Below are positions 33,314 to 36,059 of a DNA stretch of 36,059 bases, in pieces. The DNA comes from a virus: positions 1 through 36,059 of IMG/VR virus record IMGVR_UViG_3300037502_000347. One strand, 5' to 3'. The notes under the pieces were generated by a model. That model was not told the origin of the DNA. It saw only the letters and a list, made by a program, of their open reading frames with translations, and made no database searches. Positions within the stretch are counted from its first letter, which is position 1; the number at the start of each line of letters is the position of its first letter. The translations under genes and the position numbers were made by a program.

Positions 33314-33721
33314 ATGAATATCTTAACAGCAACAGGAAACTTAGGCCGTGATTGTGAAGTGCGCTTCATGGCAGATGCAACACCAGTAGGCAGCTTTAGC
33401 TTTGCATTGTCTAGCGGCTATGGTAAAAATGCCAAGACAACATGGATTGATTGCAGTCTGTTTGGTAAACGTGCAGAAACTCTTGCGCCAATGCTTTTAA
33501 AAGGCACACAAATAGCGATTAGCGGTGAGTTCTCTGTCAGGGAATACAATGACAAGGATGGCAACTTAAAAAGCGTTCCTAGCCTTCGTGTGAATGAAGT
33601 CACATTGCTTGGTAAAAAGAGTGACGCAGCAGCACAGCCATTAGAAGTAGCGCAAGTGAAAGACTTACCTAAGTCTAACGTGCCAGACTTTGATGACTTT
33701 GAGGACCAAATTCCATTTTAG
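33314..33721 (+). CDS. ssb: Single-stranded DNA-binding protein
   Basis: 135 aa. It has an OB-type N-terminus, MNILTATGNLGRDCEVRF, and an acidic tail ending DFDDFEDQIPF. Confidence 0.85.
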   Translation: MNILTATGNLGRDCEVRFMADATPVGSFSFALSSGYGKNAKTTWIDCSLFGKRAETLAPMLLKGTQIAISGEFSVREYNDKDGNLKSVPSLRVNEVTLLGKKSDAAAQPLEVAQVKDLPKSNVPDFDDFEDQIPF

Positions 33722-33864
33722 CGAATTGGCGAAAGCATACGGGGGTGTGTTAGTAGCCAACTATTTATGGGGAGTAACACATATTTGTCTGGTGGCCCAG
33801 GCCTCAGTGTCTTGTGATTATTTCATTGAACCGTGTTATTCCCCACCATTATTAGGAGATTATT

Positions 33865-34383
33865 ATGTTAAACAATCGCGGCTTGCGTACAGTAGAAGCC
33901 ATTAGAAGAAGAATGAAGATACTAGACTTGTTGGTAAAGAAGCCAATGTCAACTAAAGAACTTCATCTACATATCAATGAGAACTTTGGCAAGGTAACAG
34001 AAGATATAATCCGTTTGAAAACGTTAGGCTACATAGAAACGTTACCAAATAAAATCTTTTGTGAACTAGGCAAGCGTACCTCATACTTCTATACAAGAAC
34101 GAATAAAGCATACGATGGCTACGAATACTTTGAAAAAATTTCTAAGGAAATTGATGTAGATAAAGCCTTGAACGAGCATAAAGCTAGAGCAAGGATTCAA
34201 AAGGAAGATATTAGAGAAGGCAAGGAAGTTTACATCAAGGTTCCAGGCAATCCTCATGCAACCATTGTGATGAATAGCAATAGGCCAGCAGGATTCTACT
34301 CGTACCAAAAGAGAAGGCCAACAGTCAATCGTGGCATTGGCAGTTCGTTCTCTATGTTTGATACAGCGATGGGAGAGTTATGA
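33865..34383 (+). CDS. Winged-helix DNA-binding protein (regulator candidate)
   Basis: 172 aa with an AGGAG SD. ILDLLVKKPMSTKELHLHINENFGKVTEDIIRLKTLGYIE fits a wHTH fold. Confidence 0.55.
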   Translation: MLNNRGLRTVEAIRRRMKILDLLVKKPMSTKELHLHINENFGKVTEDIIRLKTLGYIETLPNKIFCELGKRTSYFYTRTNKAYDGYEYFEKISKEIDVDKALNEHKARARIQKEDIREGKEVYIKVPGNPHATIVMNSNRPAGFYSYQKRRPTVNRGIGSSFSMFDTAMGEL

Positions 34384-34799
34384 TTGATTGTTTAATACTA
34401 GGGGATAGCATAGCAGTAGGCACAGCTATGTATAAGAAAGAGTGTGTCTCCATATCTAAAGGTGGCATTAACTCACAGCAATACAATAAGAAGGTTGCAG
34501 GTATGGAGTTGTATAGCGGCTCTGTATTGATTAGCCTAGGTAGCAATGACCACAAGTGGGTAAAGACCAAACAAGAATTGCAAAAGTTGCGAAAAAATAT
34601 TAAGGCAACGAATGTGTATTGGGTTCTGCCAGAAGGCAATCTGCCAGCAGGCGGTGTCAACATTGAGGACATACGCAGGATAGTATTGGAAGTATCAGAG
34701 GAGCATGGCGATATTGTGTTGCCTATCATGTCGCTATCTAAAGATGGCATACATCCTACTGGTGTAGGATATAAAGACTTGGCAGCGCAAATCAAATGA
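34380..34799 (+). CDS. SGNH/GDSL-family hydrolase
   Basis: 139 aa. It has LILGDSIAVG (block I), LGSND (block III) and DGIHPT (block V, DxxH). Confidence 0.7.
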   Translation: MIDCLILGDSIAVGTAMYKKECVSISKGGINSQQYNKKVAGMELYSGSVLISLGSNDHKWVKTKQELQKLRKNIKATNVYWVLPEGNLPAGGVNIEDIRRIVLEVSEEHGDIVLPIMSLSKDGIHPTGVGYKDLAAQIK

Positions 34800-34900
34800 T
34801 AGAGACTGTATACTGGTACGTTACATGTTACAAAGAAGCCTTCATCATTGGGCTTCTTGTAGGAATCTTATCTGCAAGGAAAATTAAATGGACAACGTAA
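34796..34900 (+). CDS. Small membrane peptide (34 aa)
   Basis: My translation is MIETVYWYVTCYKEAFIIGLLVGILSARKIKWTT. An ATGA overlap joins it to the SGNH stop. Confidence 0.4.
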   Translation: MIETVYWYVTCYKEAFIIGLLVGILSARKIKWTT

Positions 34901-35115
34901 ATCATCCAGCACACTACACAAGTGGTGGAATTGAAACGATTGATTACATGGAAGCTAAGTCTACACATGAGGAGTTCTGTGGACATCTAAGGCTGACAGC
35001 TATCAAGTATCTATCACGCGCTGGCTTGAAGGATGATGAGATAGAGGACTATGAGAAGGCAGTGTGGTATGTTAATAAACTAATTGCAACAAGGAGAAAA
35101 CATGGCAACAACTAA
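34888..35115 (+). CDS. DUF3310-family protein
   Basis: 75 aa. The VNHPAHYTSGGIETIDYMEA motif is characteristic of the family. Confidence 0.7.
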   Translation: MDNVNHPAHYTSGGIETIDYMEAKSTHEEFCGHLRLTAIKYLSRAGLKDDEIEDYEKAVWYVNKLIATRRKHGNN

Positions 35116-35323
35116 TGATGTGACTGGAGACGCACTGGTATCAAGACTAAACAGTGATGAGTTTGAAAAAAACTTCGATAAAATTTTCGGAGAGAAACCT
35201 AAGAAGCCACGCTGGGTACCGCCACCACTACCACTTAATGAATATCCAGAAACAAGCTGGGATGATGGCGAGCAACGTATAGAAAATATAGGTCGCAATT
35301 CTAATGAAGGTTTGCATTACTAA
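35102..35323 (+). CDS. Hypothetical protein (73 aa)
   Basis: The ATG at 35102 has an AGGAG SD. The C-terminal RIENIGRNSNEGLHY resembles a recurrent phage small-protein motif (recollection). Confidence 0.6.
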   Translation: MATTNDVTGDALVSRLNSDEFEKNFDKIFGEKPKKPRWVPPPLPLNEYPETSWDDGEQRIENIGRNSNEGLHY

Positions 35324-35344
35324 AATGTCAAATATACTTTACAT

Positions 35345-35393
35345 AAAAAACCCCTATGCTTGTCTCAGTGTTAGCAGTCCAGAGGCATAGGGG
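35345..35393 (-). terminator. Terminator of the late arm
   Basis: On the minus strand, CCCCTATGC (35393..35385) is followed by a 25-nt loop, GCATAGGGG (35359..35351) and TTTTTT. A second hairpin, AATCCC n4 GGGATT (35396..35411), lies directly upstream. Confidence 0.55.
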
Positions 35394-35409
35394 CGAATCC
35401 CAATAGGGA

Positions 35410-35481
35410 TTACTTATTCATTACATACATTGTAACTTCAAAGCCGAAACGCATTTCAGTTGCTGATGGTTTAGTCCACAT
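35410..35481 (-). CDS. pqqA: PqqA-like peptide (coenzyme PQQ precursor), 23 aa
   Basis: My translation is MWTKPSATEMRFGFEVTMYVMNK. An AGGA SD lies 7 nt upstream. It carries the W.KP and G.EVT.Y signatures, with Glu15 and Tyr19 spaced E-x3-Y as in PqqA. Two hairpins follow the ORF. Confidence 0.75.
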   Translation of the reverse strand: MWTKPSATEMRFGFEVTMYVMNK

Positions 35482-35569
35482 GATGTAGTCCTTAATATAT
35501 GATAAGCAAGATTGCTTGTATGTAATAATCTTCCCAATGTTAAAGACAAGCAATAGAGAAAATCATTAA

Positions 35570-35743
35570 TTAACTATCAAGCATATCTGTTTCAGCATAC
35601 ATGCTCAAGTCATAACCCTCAATGCGTATCATGCCATTGCTAGTTTGGATGTAGATAACTTCATCCTCTGCATCTACTTCTATCTCCTCAATCTCTGAGC
35701 CAAGAAGTAAACTGCATACATCGTATAGGTCTCTCTCAGCCAT
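35570..35743 (-). CDS. Small acidic protein (57 aa)
   Basis: My translation is MAERDLYDVCSLLLGSEIEEIEVDAEDEVIYIQTSNGMIRIEGYDLSMYAETDMLDS. Its start overlaps the phosphoesterase stop (TAATG). It is below the track cutoff. Confidence 0.5.
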   Translation of the reverse strand: MAERDLYDVCSLLLGSEIEEIEVDAEDEVIYIQTSNGMIRIEGYDLSMYAETDMLDS

Positions 35744-36059
35744 TAGTAGTTGTACCTTTCCTTGAGGAACTTGATGGACACAGCCATCTCGTCAAATGAA
35801 CCATCGTGTACGTCATGTAATACATAGAAGCCACGGTAGTGTTGGTTGCCTTGTGGGCCAAGATAATCCTCGTCGTGTTCATAGCATGAGCCACAGATAA
35901 TAGCTGTCATTTCTTTGCCATCCGCCCTCTTGCCATACGCAATCTGGCGACCTTGCTGATGCCCAGCGAAGCAAGACATGTGTTTCTTTGTGAGAATAGC
36001 ATTGGCAGTTGTGATAGGACGACCCATAGGGCCAGAGGTAAAGTAATGACTATAAGCAA
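35743..36059 (-). CDS. Metallophosphoesterase, C-terminal part (same gene as 1..572)
   Basis: Track ORF 35743..36027 is the in-frame tail, containing ...GHQQG...ICGSCYEHDEDYLGP.... The frame stays open to the right edge, and 35933..36059 duplicates 1..127. Confidence 0.8.
   Translation of the reverse strand, partial: AYSHYFTSGPMGRPITTANAILTKKHMSCFAGHQQGRQIAYGKRADGKEMTAIICGSCYEHDEDYLGPQGNQHYRGFYVLHDVHDGSFDEMAVSIKFLKERYNY
35933..36059. repeat. Right copy of the exact 127-bp terminal repeat
   Basis: Identical to 1..127 by eye. Confidence 0.9.

Overview
The window is one complete, circularly closed phage genome. The first and last 127 bp are identical and cut through a coding frame, giving a unit length of 35,932 bp. 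It is a tailed dsDNA phage with a T7-like podovirus morphogenesis module: portal, scaffold, capsid, tail tubular A and B, internal virion proteins and fibres. I can recognise no phage RNA polymerase, DNA polymerase, primase/helicase or integrase.

Layout:
- A roughly 27.5-kb minus-strand late arm starts near 27.1 kb and wraps through the junction to about 35.35 kb. In transcription order it carries RHH, RusA, TerS, TerL, the head genes, the tail genes, a five-gene fibre locus, an envelope/lysis module, a metallophosphoesterase and a tiny cargo ORF.
- Plus-strand early units lie at 28.4-29.7 kb and 31.4-35.3 kb. They carry small ORFs, a Sak-type annealase, a YqaJ exonuclease, SSB, a wHTH protein, an SGNH hydrolase and a DUF3310 protein.
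- An inverted C5-methyltransferase islet lies at 30.0-30.8 kb, with non-coding stretches on both sides.

Most interesting observations:
- An unannotated 23-codon ORF at 35410..35481 (-) reads MWTKPSATEMRFGFEVTMYVMNK, a PqqA-like PQQ precursor peptide. No pqqBCDE genes are present in the genome.
- Seven same-orientation DnaA-box-like 9-mers lie next to a wHTH gene, suggesting a host-DnaA-dependent origin.
- The lysis region has a holin/endolysin dual-coding overlap, a catalytic-Cys lysozyme, overlapping secreted and membrane proteins, and no recognisable o-spanin.
- There are two 450-560-bp non-coding tracts.

I found no tRNA, CRISPR array or transposon. Family assignments come from motif recollection, not database searches. 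Coordinates of small features may be off by 1-2 nt.
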